Positions 50,172-60,219 of a DNA stretch of 64,000 bases are shown in pieces (positions within the stretch are counted from its first letter, which is position 1; every line of letters begins with the position of its first letter). The notes under the pieces are model-generated. The model saw only the letters and a program-made list of their open reading frames with translations. It had not been told where the DNA came from and made no database searches. The position numbers were made by a program, and so were the translations under genes. Origin of the DNA: an uncultured cyanobacterium. GTDB taxonomy: Bacteria > Cyanobacteriota > Cyanobacteriia > Cyanobacteriales > Cyanobacteriaceae. Location: the NCBI GenBank assembly GCA_963749915.1, contig CAVVOP010000021.1:320001-384000 (forward strand). Direction: 5' to 3'.

Positions 50172-50915
50172 ACTGTTGGCGAACTTAACAAAAGAGAAAA
50201 AAGGGGAAATTTATTCGCGAACCTAATTTCAGTAGATCAAAGAGCCACGAAAGAATAAGGTTTTCAGCATAGGAGAGCCAGTGATTAAATATTCTGTGGC
50301 CATCGCCAATTTTAAAAAGGAGAGACAAAACAACCATTACAAGGCAATTTTCTCTGAGAACAAATTTGTGGAAACTGTTTTCGAGAATAAGCTGTGACAA
50401 CAGGAGGTCAATCATGTCTTTAAGATTTCAACCCCTCAAACCTATTCCCCCTCAGACAATAGAAGTAGCGAAAGCGGCTCTGGGAAAAAACAATGTCATC
50501 ATCAAGCTCAGGGATGAATTGGGAACTTTCTATCAAGATTCTGATTTTGCACAAGTTTATTCCCCTGAAGGTCAACCAGGAATTTGCCCTTGGCGTCTAG
50601 CAATGGTCTGTGTGCTGCAATATTTGGATAACTTGTCTGAAGACTTGGGTACATCAATATTATCTCGAAGGGGGAAAACTTCCTTGGCGAGAAGCGGAAA
50701 ATTTACCGCCGGCAGGGACTCGTTTTAATTCTCCCTACGACCCCGAAGCTCGCTATGGCAATAAACGTAGTACCAGCTGGGTGGGCTATAAAGTTCATTT
50801 GACGGAAACTTGTGCTCAGCAAGAAGTTTATCTGATTACCAATGTAGAGACAACTCCGGCTCATGTTGGCGATGGTTCTCAAACGGAAACAATTCATCAA
50901 TCTTTGAGTGAGACT
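50172..50915 (+). pseudogene. IS1182-family transposase remnant
   Basis: AGGAGG RBS + ATG 50414 (LRDELGTFYQD...PWRLAMVCVLQY), then an out-of-frame piece SPYDPEARY...WVGYKVHLTETC; large deletions. Confidence 0.8.
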
Positions 50916-51198
50916 GGATAATCTGTTTTTTCTTGTGTCGTTAACTGCTTAATTCTCTCTTTGATTTCTCTCAAGGATAAATTAGAGTTTATTGCTTCTT
51001 CTAACAATTCCTGTTGTCTTGTTTTATCTTTAACCGATGAGATCGCTCTTGCTTTGGTATAGGCTATTTTCTCTTCTTGTAAAGCTGTTCTAATCATGTC
51101 TGGTAAATTCAGTAATGGAAGACGATTTTTGACAAATGATTCCCATCTCATGATGTTTAACCCCTGAAAAATCTCTTCTACCACTTGATTCTCATTAT
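50897..51198 (-). pseudogene. C-terminal fragment of plasmid-type ParB partition protein
   Basis: WESFVKNRLPLLNLP...KIAYTKARAI...LSLREIKERI; 5' end replaced by the IS5 end. Confidence 0.75.
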
Positions 51199-52397
51199 TA
51201 GACATCTCCAAAATATAATAATATCAGAAAATTAGTATAATAACTTTAACTTCTGAGGTAAAAAATATCAAAAACAATGAATAATTATACTTGGAACTAT
51301 ATTCAGAGCCATCCTCAAGAAACTAAAAGACTATTAGGTATTAATTATGATCAGTTGCAAGATTTAGGGAAATATCTCAAACTCCTCGAGGAAAGAGAAA
51401 AACAAGAAGCAGAAAAAAACAAGATAAGAATCAATAAATTAGGCGGTGGAAGAGAAGAGAAAATTAGCCAAGAAGAACAAATAATTCTCACTTTAATTTA
51501 TCTGAGACATCATCTTAATTTTCAGTTGTTAGCATTAATGTTTAAAGTAAGTGAAAGTACTGCTAATAATGTGTTTCATAAATGGCAAAAATTATTAGAA
51601 TCAGCATTCCCATCTTCTTTGCTAGAACAAGTAAAAAAGTGCCCAGAAAATTAAGAGCAAATCAAAGAAATATCGACAGATTATGAATTAATTGTCGATA
51701 GTGAAGAACAAGAAATAGAGAGAAGTATCGATTATCAAGAGCAAAAAAAGCACTACTCTGGGAAGAAGAAAATGCACACATTTAAAAATCAGATAATTTG
51801 TCTGCCAAAAGGGGAAGATATAGTAGATGTAGTAGGAGGAGAACTAGGACCAAAAGCTGACATAACTATTTGGAGGGAAAATGCAGATAAGTTTGATAAA
51901 AACCAAAAGTTTAGCGCCGATAAAGCTTATGTGGGAGAACCGCAAATAAGAACTCCGAAAAAGAAACCCAAAAATGGCGAATTAACTCAAGAAGAAAAAG
52001 AGAAAAATAAAGAAATATCATCTCTCAGAATATTTGTAGAGCATCTAATTAGAATAATCAAAATATTTAAGGTTATGGGAGAAAGATTTAGACTAAAAAA
52101 AGAGGAATATGAGTCAGTTTTTTTGAGCGTTTGTGGTTTGGTAAGATTAAGAATGGGAACTTTAATAATTGAACATCGGAAAACGAGTGAAACGGGAGAA
52201 ATAATTGATGTTCTGTTAACCCATATTTTTTCATCAAAATTGGATTTTTCTTGATTTTTGACGAAATAACAGGATTAAGAGCCGGCGATCGCGCAGCGCC
52301 GTTTCACGATCACGAAGTGGCGCTGCGCGATCGCCCCAGGAGTAAAAAGGTTTCAAATGCTTATAATGAAAGAATCATAAATTTTTGGAGATGTCTA
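51199..52397 (+). mobile_element. IS5-family (ISL2-like) element with nonsense-interrupted transposase
   Basis: Perfect IR TAGACATCTCCAAAA; HTH ORF 51277..51654 and DDE part (IVDSEEQ, YSGKKKMHT, ADKAY, RIFVEH) lie in the same frame, separated by TAA at 51652. Confidence 0.88.
52285..52334. repeat. Two 21-nt SDR5-like units in opposite orientation within a HIP1 site
   Basis: GCGAT|CGCGCAGCGCCGTTTCACGAT|CACGAAGTGGCGCTGCGCGAT|CGC; the second unit is identical to 49366..49386. Confidence 0.8.
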
Positions 52398-53119
52398 ATC
52401 AAGGTGTAATTAATGTCATTAATGAAGGCACAGGCAATGCAGGCAATATTAATATTAATGCAGAAAAGATTTATCTCGATGGTGGAAATATTTCTGCCAC
52501 AACCTTATTAGGAAAAGGAGGAAATATTAATCTACAGACACAAGATCTTAGCCTAATCAATAACAGCAACATTTCTGCCACCGCTGGTGGTCAGGGAAAT
52601 GGAGGCAATATTAAAATCAACAGTGATTCTTTACTACTGAAAGAGCAAAGTCAAATTACGGCTGATGCTTTTGCCGGAGATGGTGGAAATATTTTAATTA
52701 ATACCGAAGTTTTTCTTGTTTCTAATGATAGTGTGATTACGGCTAGCTCAGAATTAGGAATTGATGGAGTTGTGGAAATTAATACTCCAGAAACTAATCT
52801 GAAGTCAGTAATCGTGCCCATTAAAGCCCAAATTCTCGAATTGGACCCCAATATAGCCCAAAGATGTCTCAATAAAAAAGCCGAAAAAGGACTTTTTCTC
52901 ATGAAAGGCAAAGATGCCATCCCTACTTCAACAGAAGATAGTTCAGAACTATTTGAAGAAGAGTCAACGCCACAATTTATCGATATAACAGAAAATATGT
53001 CTGAGGCTCAAAAGCAATTTTATCATCAACACCTACCACCTAATGTCATGATCAGAACAGAAACTGGAGATTTATTAGCGATCAATTTATGCTTAAAGGA
53101 TTTTTGGGCGGGAAAATAA
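52398..53119 (+). pseudogene. C-terminal fragment of a filamentous-haemagglutinin-family (TpsA-like) exoprotein
   Basis: GNAGNINI/GGNI beta-helix repeats and ITASSELGIDGVVEINTP; 5' part replaced by the IS5 end. Confidence 0.8.
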
Positions 53120-53156
53120 CAAAACTAAGTCTCACTTTCAGAGGAGCAATTTCAAT

Positions 53157-56100
53157 ATGAAAATTATTCACGGTACATGGATTCCCTCATCAGAAAATAA
53201 TTTTATTCAAAATGGGACTTTTTATCTCTGGATAGAAATTATCGAAAATCGTCGTCGAAGTCAAAAAATTTCTAACCTTTATCCCCGTCAATTAACTTCA
53301 GAAGAATTGGCTAATTTCATCACTAAAGAACTGACAATTTCTAATAATTATTATAATCCAGTTCAATTGATAAGTACTCAATATTTTCTGCTTCCTAGTA
53401 ATAATAATCAGCCCCTTCCTTCCTTAACTTTAAATCGTTATTTAGAAGGTGAATATCCGGAAATCAGTGAACTTCAGTATTGGGCTGTGGATTGTTTTCC
53501 TTTACCAGACATTACCAAAAATCTCAACGATATTCACTTTTTATCACTGTATCAAGCTCAGGAATGGGTATTAGGAATAGATCTACTTTTTTGGCATTAT
53601 TACACTCAAAATTTTAAACAAGTTATTCTTAAAGACCAATATATTCCTGCTTTAAAATATCGAGAGATAAATCCTAGGAAAAAATCAACTAAAGACTCAT
53701 CCTTTGAAATTTATCCAACTTGGGCAATTATTTCTCATCATTATCAACAGTTAATTAAGCATAGTATTGATATTATGCCTATGGCTTGTGTCGCAGGTTT
53801 TAATGAATTATCTGACTCAATTAATTTTTATGAAAAGGAAACTTTATTACATCATTTTTCCGAAAATTTACTTAATCAAATAATTAAAAATACTTCTTTA
53901 CCTAATGTCTTTACTAAAAAAATAGAACATTGTCCTTTAATTTATAATTGCCTTTTTTCTGCGGGAAAACCTTGGACTATTCCTCTGGCTTTAGAAACTT
54001 ATCAACAATGGCAAATATGGCAGGAAAAAATAATTGTAGGTAATAATAATAGTGATTTTAATTTATGTTTTCGATTGCAAGAAGCCTCAGATAGAAATCC
54101 ACAACAATGGTATTTAGAATTTTTAGTAGCATCAAAACAAGATCCTTCTTTAAAATTAAATTTAGATGATTATTGGAATTTTGACAAGAAAACTAAACAA
54201 TCAGTACTAAATCAATTTGGTCAAGAATTTGAAAAAAACTTACTTTTAAACTTAGGTTATGCGGCGAGAATTTATCCTAAATTATGGACAGGATTAGAAA
54301 CCGATAAACCTATTAGACTAGGTTTAAATTTAACAGAAGCATTTGAGTTTTTAAAAGAACAAGCCTGGATTTTACAAGATGCTGGTTACCCTGTAATTGT
54401 ACCAGCATGGTGGACTCCCACTGGTCGTCAAAAAGCCAAAATTCGCTTACAGGCGTCCACAAAAAAATCTTCTGCTTCTAGTAGTAAAAATGGGAAAGGT
54501 TACTTTAGTTTAGACAGTATTATTCAATATCAATATCAGTTGGCAATCGGCAATCAAACTGTTACTTCTCAAGAGTGGCAACAATTATTAGAAGCGAAAG
54601 TTCCTTTAGTTAAATTTAGAGGAGAATGGATAGAATTAGACCAAAATCAAATGCAAAAAATGCTGGAATTTTGGCAAAATAATCATCAAGAAAATCCAGA
54701 AATGAGCTTACTAGAATTAATGAAAATTGCCACTGAAAAAGTGGATATGTTTGAGGTAGAACATGATGATAGTTTAGCTCAAATGATGGCACAATTAACC
54801 GATCCTAATCAACTAGAATTAATTGATAATCCTGATAATTTTCAAGGGCAATTAAGGGAGTATCAAAAAAGAGGTGTTTCTTGGTTAAAATTTTTAGAAC
54901 AATTAGGTTTAAATGGTTGTTTGGCTGATGATATGGGTTTAGGAAAAACCGTTCAAGTTATTGCTCATTTAGTCAAAGAAAGAAATGAAAATAAACAGAT
55001 ATTACCAACTTTATTAATTGCTCCCACTTCCGTAGTGGGAAATTGGTATAAAGAAGTAGAAAAATTTGCTCCTCAACTTCGGGTAATGATTCATCATGGA
55101 GGCAATCGAATTAATCAAGAAAAAACTTTTAAAACTGAAGCGGTTAATTATGATTTAATTATTACTTCTTTTACTTTAGCTCGCAAGGATTTAAACTTAT
55201 TAAACCAAGTAAAATGGCAAAGAATTGTCTTAGATGAAGCTCAAAATATTAAAAATCCTACCGCTGCTCAAACTAAGGCTATTTTAAAGTTAAAAGCTAA
55301 TTATCGTCTAGCCTTAACGGGTACTCCTGTAGAAAATAGATTATTAGATTTATGGTCAATTTTTAATTTTCTTAATCCTGGTTATTTGGGTAAACAAACT
55401 CAATTTCGTAAATCTTTTGAGATACCCATACAGAAAAATAATGATAAAAAACAGTCTGTTATCTTGAAAAAATTAGTTGAGCCATTTATTTTAAGAAGGT
55501 TAAAAACTGATAAAAATATTATTAAAGATTTACCTGATAAAGTAGAACATAAACAATATTGTAATTTAACAAAAGAACAAGCATCTTTATATGAATTAGT
55601 CGTCAAACAAGTATCAGGTGAATTAGAAGAAGCTGAGGGAATGCAACGTAAGGGTTTAATTCTTTCTACTCTCATGCGTCTCAAACAAATTTGTAATCAT
55701 CCTCGTCAATTTTTACAGGATAATAGTGATTTTACCCCCCAAAGATCTCACAAATTAGAAAGATTAGGAGAGATGGTTGAGGAGGTAATTGCTGAGGATG
55801 AAAGTTTGTTAATTTTTACTCAATTTACGGAAATTGGTGAGGCTTTACAACATTATTTTAAACATAAATTTTACTATAATACTTATTATTTACATGGGGG
55901 TACTTCAAGGAAAAAAAGAGAACAAATAATTGAGGAATTTCAAGGAGAAGATACTGAACCTTCGGTGTTTATTTTGTCTTTAAAAGCAGGGGGTGTGGGA
56001 ATTACTTTAACAAAGGCCAATCATGTATTTCATTTCGATCGTTGGTGGAATCCTTCGGTGGAAAATCAAGCCACCGATAGGGCCTTTAGAATTGGTCAGC

Positions 56101-56285
56101 AAAAGAATGTTTTTGTCCATAAATTCGTGACTTTAGGCACACTGGAGGAAAGAATTGATCTGATGATTGAGGACAAGAAAAAAATTGCCGATGCAATTAT
56201 CGGTGCGGATGAATCGTGGTTAACGGAGTTGGATAATGATAGTTTTAAGGAGTTAATTGCTCTTAATCGTCAGGCTATTATTTAG
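53157..56285 (+). CDS. SNF2-family helicase/ATPase (DUF3670-type, SWIM-associated)
   Basis: LADDMGLGKT, LDEAQNIKN, LTGTPVEN, SLKAGGVG and QATDRAFRIGQ; AGGAG RBS. Confidence 0.93.
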   Translation: MKIIHGTWIPSSENNFIQNGTFYLWIEIIENRRRSQKISNLYPRQLTSEELANFITKELTISNNYYNPVQLISTQYFLLPSNNNQPLPSLTLNRYLEGEYPEISELQYWAVDCFPLPDITKNLNDIHFLSLYQAQEWVLGIDLLFWHYYTQNFKQVILKDQYIPALKYREINPRKKSTKDSSFEIYPTWAIISHHYQQLIKHSIDIMPMACVAGFNELSDSINFYEKETLLHHFSENLLNQIIKNTSLPNVFTKKIEHCPLIYNCLFSAGKPWTIPLALETYQQWQIWQEKIIVGNNNSDFNLCFRLQEASDRNPQQWYLEFLVASKQDPSLKLNLDDYWNFDKKTKQSVLNQFGQEFEKNLLLNLGYAARIYPKLWTGLETDKPIRLGLNLTEAFEFLKEQAWILQDAGYPVIVPAWWTPTGRQKAKIRLQASTKKSSASSSKNGKGYFSLDSIIQYQYQLAIGNQTVTSQEWQQLLEAKVPLVKFRGEWIELDQNQMQKMLEFWQNNHQENPEMSLLELMKIATEKVDMFEVEHDDSLAQMMAQLTDPNQLELIDNPDNFQGQLREYQKRGVSWLKFLEQLGLNGCLADDMGLGKTVQVIAHLVKERNENKQILPTLLIAPTSVVGNWYKEVEKFAPQLRVMIHHGGNRINQEKTFKTEAVNYDLIITSFTLARKDLNLLNQVKWQRIVLDEAQNIKNPTAAQTKAILKLKANYRLALTGTPVENRLLDLWSIFNFLNPGYLGKQTQFRKSFEIPIQKNNDKKQSVILKKLVEPFILRRLKTDKNIIKDLPDKVEHKQYCNLTKEQASLYELVVKQVSGELEEAEGMQRKGLILSTLMRLKQICNHPRQFLQDNSDFTPQRSHKLERLGEMVEEVIAEDESLLIFTQFTEIGEALQHYFKHKFYYNTYYLHGGTSRKKREQIIEEFQGEDTEPSVFILSLKAGGVGITLTKANHVFHFDRWWNPSVENQATDRAFRIGQQKNVFVHKFVTLGTLEERIDLMIEDKKKIADAIIGADESWLTELDNDSFKELIALNRQAII

Positions 56286-56362
56286 ATTATTCCATAATTT
56301 GTAGATTAAATTACAAAATAGACTATAGAATAATTATGAAAGAAATAAAAAATGTCGCTATT

Positions 56363-56585
56363 GAGTGGCGTTTTGTAAGTGTAGTTTGGAAGTAATTACA
56401 AATCTGTGGCAAATGGTAATTTTTGGATAGAGGTGTTTGTTGTTCCTCTATATAATCAAAACTCACTTCGGAGCAATTGGCGGTTTTGTAAGTGTAGTTT
56501 GGAAGTAATTACAAGGATCTGTGGCAAATGGTAATTTTTGGATAGAGGTGTTTGTTGTTCCTCTATATAATCAAAAACTCCACTC
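56363..56585. repeat. Tandem duplication of a ~105-bp unit with terminal inverted repeats (MITE-like dimer)
   Basis: Copies at about 56363-56467 and 56478-56585 differ only by small indels; ends GAGTGGCGTTTTG and CAAAAACTCCACTC. Confidence 0.75.
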
Positions 56586-56737
56586 GATCCGGAAATAAAA
56601 GAAAATCTCCAAGAACTTACTAAAAAAGTTCAAATAGAATCATCTAACAATGAAATATAATGTACTATAGCGATCCTATTTGAGTTGTGACATTTTGGTT
56701 AGGGTAGAATTTAAGAGTCAGTGCGATCGCCGATCTC

Positions 56738-56766
56738 GTAGGTTGGGTTGAGGCATGAAACCCAAC
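56738..56766 (+). repeat. GTAG-type REP hairpin
   Basis: GTAG-GTTGGGTT-GAGGCATGA-AACCCAAC. Confidence 0.65.
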
Positions 56767-56857
56767 AATTACTAAATTATTTAAAATATAGAAGGCGATC
56801 ATTATCGTTAACAGATTTTCAACAAATACTATTTATTACCTTAATTTAAAAACATTT

Positions 56858-57094
56858 ATGAACAATAATCTTTTAGAAAGAATTACGATTAATCCTGGTG
56901 TTTGTCATGGAAAACCTTGTGTCAGAAATCTACGTTATCCAGTGGAATTCATTTTAGAATTACTCAGTTCAGGTATGACGACTAATGAAATTTTGATGGA
57001 TTATGAAGACTTAGAAAATGAAGATATTATGGCTGTATTGTTTTATGCAACTCGATTAACTCAGATTAAGGGAATTTATGAAGTTAAAACATGA
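56858..57094 (+). CDS. DUF433-family antitoxin (VapB45-like)
   Basis: RITINPGVCHGKPCVRNLRYPV...EILMDYEDLENEDI. Confidence 0.9.
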   Translation: MNNNLLERITINPGVCHGKPCVRNLRYPVEFILELLSSGMTTNEILMDYEDLENEDIMAVLFYATRLTQIKGIYEVKT

Positions 57095-57271
57095 AGTTTT
57101 TAATTTAAAATATGGTCAGTATTTGTGATTTATTCGAAAAATACCAATTGATAGAAATAAATATTAATGATATTATCGTTCACTATTAATATTATTTTAT
57201 AACTAAATCTTCATTATTATTTCTAATTTAAAAATTCAAATATTTTATTTATAATTATCAACTTTCTCAAG

Positions 57272-58105
57272 ATGAATAAATTTAGTAAAACATGGTGGGG
57301 AAAACGTTTTATCGAGGCTTTGGAATCTTTCACTGATTCGGGAAGATTAAGTCGGGGCCGTAGTTATGCCAATAATGGCAAAATAAAAGAGTATAAAATT
57401 ACTCAAGGAAAAATCACTGCTAAAGTGAGAGGTTCTGTTAATCCTTATTTTGGGGTTTATAAAGAGCCTTTATATAAAACAGAAATCTCTTTAACTCCTA
57501 TTTCTAGTGAAGATTGGGAAAAGGCGATCGCTTTTCTCTCTACCCATGCTAGTTTTGTGGCTAAATTATTAATGAATGAAATGCCAGATAATATTGAGGA
57601 AGCATTTTACCGAGAATTTAAGTTACATTTACTACCTTATGATAATGATGATTTTGAGACAAAATGTTCTTGTCCAGATTGGTCAAATCCATGTAAACAT
57701 ATAGCTGGAGTTTATTATTTAGTTGCCTCAAATTTGGATCAAGATCCTTTTTTACTATTCGAGTTGCGTGGACTATCACGGGAGAAATTACACCAACAAT
57801 TAATGAAATCTCCTTTAGGTCAAATTTTATCTCAAGGATTAATCAAAGAAAATTTAGCTCCAGAATCAGTAGAATCTTATTACACTAAACCGATTTTAGT
57901 ACCTGCTAATTCTAACATTAATCAGAAAGAATTTTGGCAAGGAGAAAAGAAAATACCAGATCATTTACCTGACAATTCATCGGCAACTATTCCTGCTATT
58001 GTGGTTAAAAAAGCCGGAGATGATCCAACCTTTTGGCATCGGGATAGTTCTTTTATTGAGGTAATGAGCGATTTTTATACCAGAATTCGTAAAACGGTTT
58101 TATAG
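57272..58105 (+). CDS. SWIM zinc-finger protein (SNF2 partner)
   Basis: TWWGKRFIEALE, RLSRGRSYA, CSCPDWSNPCKH and DPFLLFELRG. Confidence 0.92.
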   Translation: MNKFSKTWWGKRFIEALESFTDSGRLSRGRSYANNGKIKEYKITQGKITAKVRGSVNPYFGVYKEPLYKTEISLTPISSEDWEKAIAFLSTHASFVAKLLMNEMPDNIEEAFYREFKLHLLPYDNDDFETKCSCPDWSNPCKHIAGVYYLVASNLDQDPFLLFELRGLSREKLHQQLMKSPLGQILSQGLIKENLAPESVESYYTKPILVPANSNINQKEFWQGEKKIPDHLPDNSSATIPAIVVKKAGDDPTFWHRDSSFIEVMSDFYTRIRKTVL

Positions 58106-58158
58106 CAATTCTCTCACCATAAATTTACGGCGATCATTATATATAAGATGAGGGGAAT

Positions 58159-58292
58159 TCAAAAAGAAAATTTTTTCTGAACAGAAAAGTAAAATTCCTG
58201 TCTAAATTCTGAGGCTAGATTATCCCGAACAAGCGGAATAGCAACTCCCACATTGGTTTGCCAATCATGCCATTGCCAATTCCAACTTAACC
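58159..58292 (-). pseudogene. C-terminal fragment of an outer-membrane beta-barrel (ShlB/FhaC-like)
   Basis: LSWNWQWHDWQTNVGVAIPLVRDN...EFYFSVQKKFSF* ends in Phe; cut by the IS4 end. Confidence 0.5.
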
Positions 58293-59574
58293 CTGAGGGG
58301 GCGACAAAGCATTCATAACGCAGATTGGATAAGGGAAATAGCTCTCATACCTTGACGATAATAAGAGTGTTTCTGAGGAAATAAAGAGGTTAATTCTTCC
58401 AATTGTTCTTGGAAAAAGCAGATTTCACTTAGCCATTTTATGGCATTTAAACCAATAGAAAAATCACTATTTCTTTTATATTTTCTTCCTTTTTCTGTCG
58501 GACGAACTAAATATTCACTTATTCCTTTTCTTTTAATTTCTTCCCCTATAAATGTTGAATAGCTGTAGGATAATGTTATTAGTATAATTAAAGAAATTAG
58601 TCGTTCATTTTCAACTTTTGTGCTCTCTAAATTATATCCTCCTAATTTCAAATCTCTAAACATTTCTTCAATCCCCATTCTTTTGGAATAAGCGGAGATT
58701 GTTTCCGACATATTTTCTAAATTTGTTAAAATAAACCATGGTTCTTTGCTAGATTTATGACCATAATTTCTTTTCCACTTTGCGGCTAAATTAATTCCTG
58801 AAAATCCCTTGGTTTTTGTTACTTTTATTCCTTGATAATATACCGAGAATCCTGGACATAAACCTAATTCACTTAATCGAAACCATATATCAGTTTCTAA
58901 CTCCACATATTCACTGTTTTTTAAACGTAGAGATAAATAAACCTGTTTCTCTACTGATAACCACTTTGCTAAATCTACAGAGCAAAATTCCCTATCTCCT
59001 AAGACAATTATTTTATATTCAATTAATAAATTAATACTCGGTTCTAATACTTGTTTTTGTTCTAATAAATTACTGCTTCCTTTTTTATCTAGTAATGTAA
59101 AATAAACGGGAATAGCTCGTTGATTATAAACTAAACTTACCATCAATATATTAATATTTTGCCACTGTGTTCTATCAATTACGAAATAGATGACTTTTTT
59201 CGATTCCCAATTATTAATAATCCCTGATTTTAAAATGGGAAACCAGATAGTTTCAATTTTCCAATTTTCCAGACTTAGAAATCGTTGTAACTTTTTAATT
59301 CTACTTCTTAATTTAATCGGATAAGGAAAAAGTTTTGCCATTTCTTCTAACCTGACAGTTTTAAGATTTTGAAGTAAGTTAACTAAAAGACAAAGAGTTA
59401 AATATTGAGGTAAATTAAACTGCTTTTTTAAATTATCCTGATAATATTGAGGAAGTTGAAACATTTTTTTCTATGGCAATTAATATAAAAACTGAAAATA
59501 TCTTATCTTTATCCAGATTAGCATGTTCAATCCCTTATAGAATCGTCTGTTTAGCTTCATTGTCGCCCCCTCAG
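58293..59574 (-). mobile_element. IS4-family element with apparently intact transposase (CDS 58313..59464)
   Basis: Perfect IR CTGAGGGGGCGACAA; DDE motifs IDRTQW, GDREF and YSKRMGIEEMFRDLK; no target duplication visible. Confidence 0.92.
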
Positions 59575-59783
59575 AATAATTTATTATTCATCTTTTTTTT
59601 GAATGGTGTTATTAATTTAATATTTTGATGAAAATAAATAATAATAGTCATAATTTCACTCAAGGATAATCGACTATTTTTGATTCTTTTTTTCTGTTTA
59701 GATGATAAAATTTGACGATTAAAAGATGGTTCAAAAATTAAACAGAAATCATCTACATCATCGAAAAGTGTTTCTAATTCCAT
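59575..59783 (-). pseudogene. 5' fragment of IS982-family transposase
   Basis: MELETLFDDVDDFC...LSLSEIMTIIIYFHQ. Confidence 0.75.
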
Positions 59784-59810
59784 AAAAATTAATTTTTAAA
59801 AAATAACATA

Positions 59811-59900
59811 TTGATTTTGTCCCCCGAAGAAAAGTCTCAATTAGAAAAGAATCTAATCTCCGAAGGATGTCGAGATCCTTTAGTAATATGGAAAGAAGCT
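59811..59900 (+). pseudogene. Fragment of a ParB-like plasmid protein
   Basis: LSPEEKSQLEKNLISEGCRDPLVIW, then loses coherence. Confidence 0.5.
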
Positions 59901-59947
59901 CAGACAGAAGATTGTGTTTTTCGGGCGATCAGTAGTAACCGGGCGAT

Positions 59948-60131
59948 CGGTAGTAATGGAACCAAATCGTACGTTAAGCCCAAAATTATTATTTAATAAT
60001 CGCTGAAACTATTATTCTTTCGTTAGCAGAAGTTAATAGGCTATGTCATATACTTCAAAAAATCTCTTTTTAGAGTGCAGCTATAGTAGGCATTTCAGCC
60101 AAGCGCGTACGTTTCCGTACGGTTACTACCG
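59948..60131. mobile_element. 184-bp MITE-like element inserted in a HIP1-like site
   Basis: GGGCGAT|CGGTAGTAA...TTACTACCG|ATGGCCC; 9-bp IR; extra 18-bp copy of the left junction at 59923..59940. Confidence 0.55.
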
Positions 60132-60219
60132 ATGGCCCTTTACCGAGTTGGCACTAAATTGCAGCTTCCCTAGCTTTACGCCTTATAAGAAGATTTTGCT
60201 CAGATGTTACTAAATGAAA

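Noticed and set aside
51630..51660. Programmed -1 frameshift at AAAAAAG in the IS5 transposase
   Set aside because: The downstream DDE region is in the same frame as the upstream ORF, separated by an in-frame TAA, and the -1 frame closes quickly; a nonsense mutation is simpler.
56363..56585. Possible CRISPR repeats
   Set aside because: Two ~105-bp copies with a ~10-bp gap; wrong repeat/spacer geometry.
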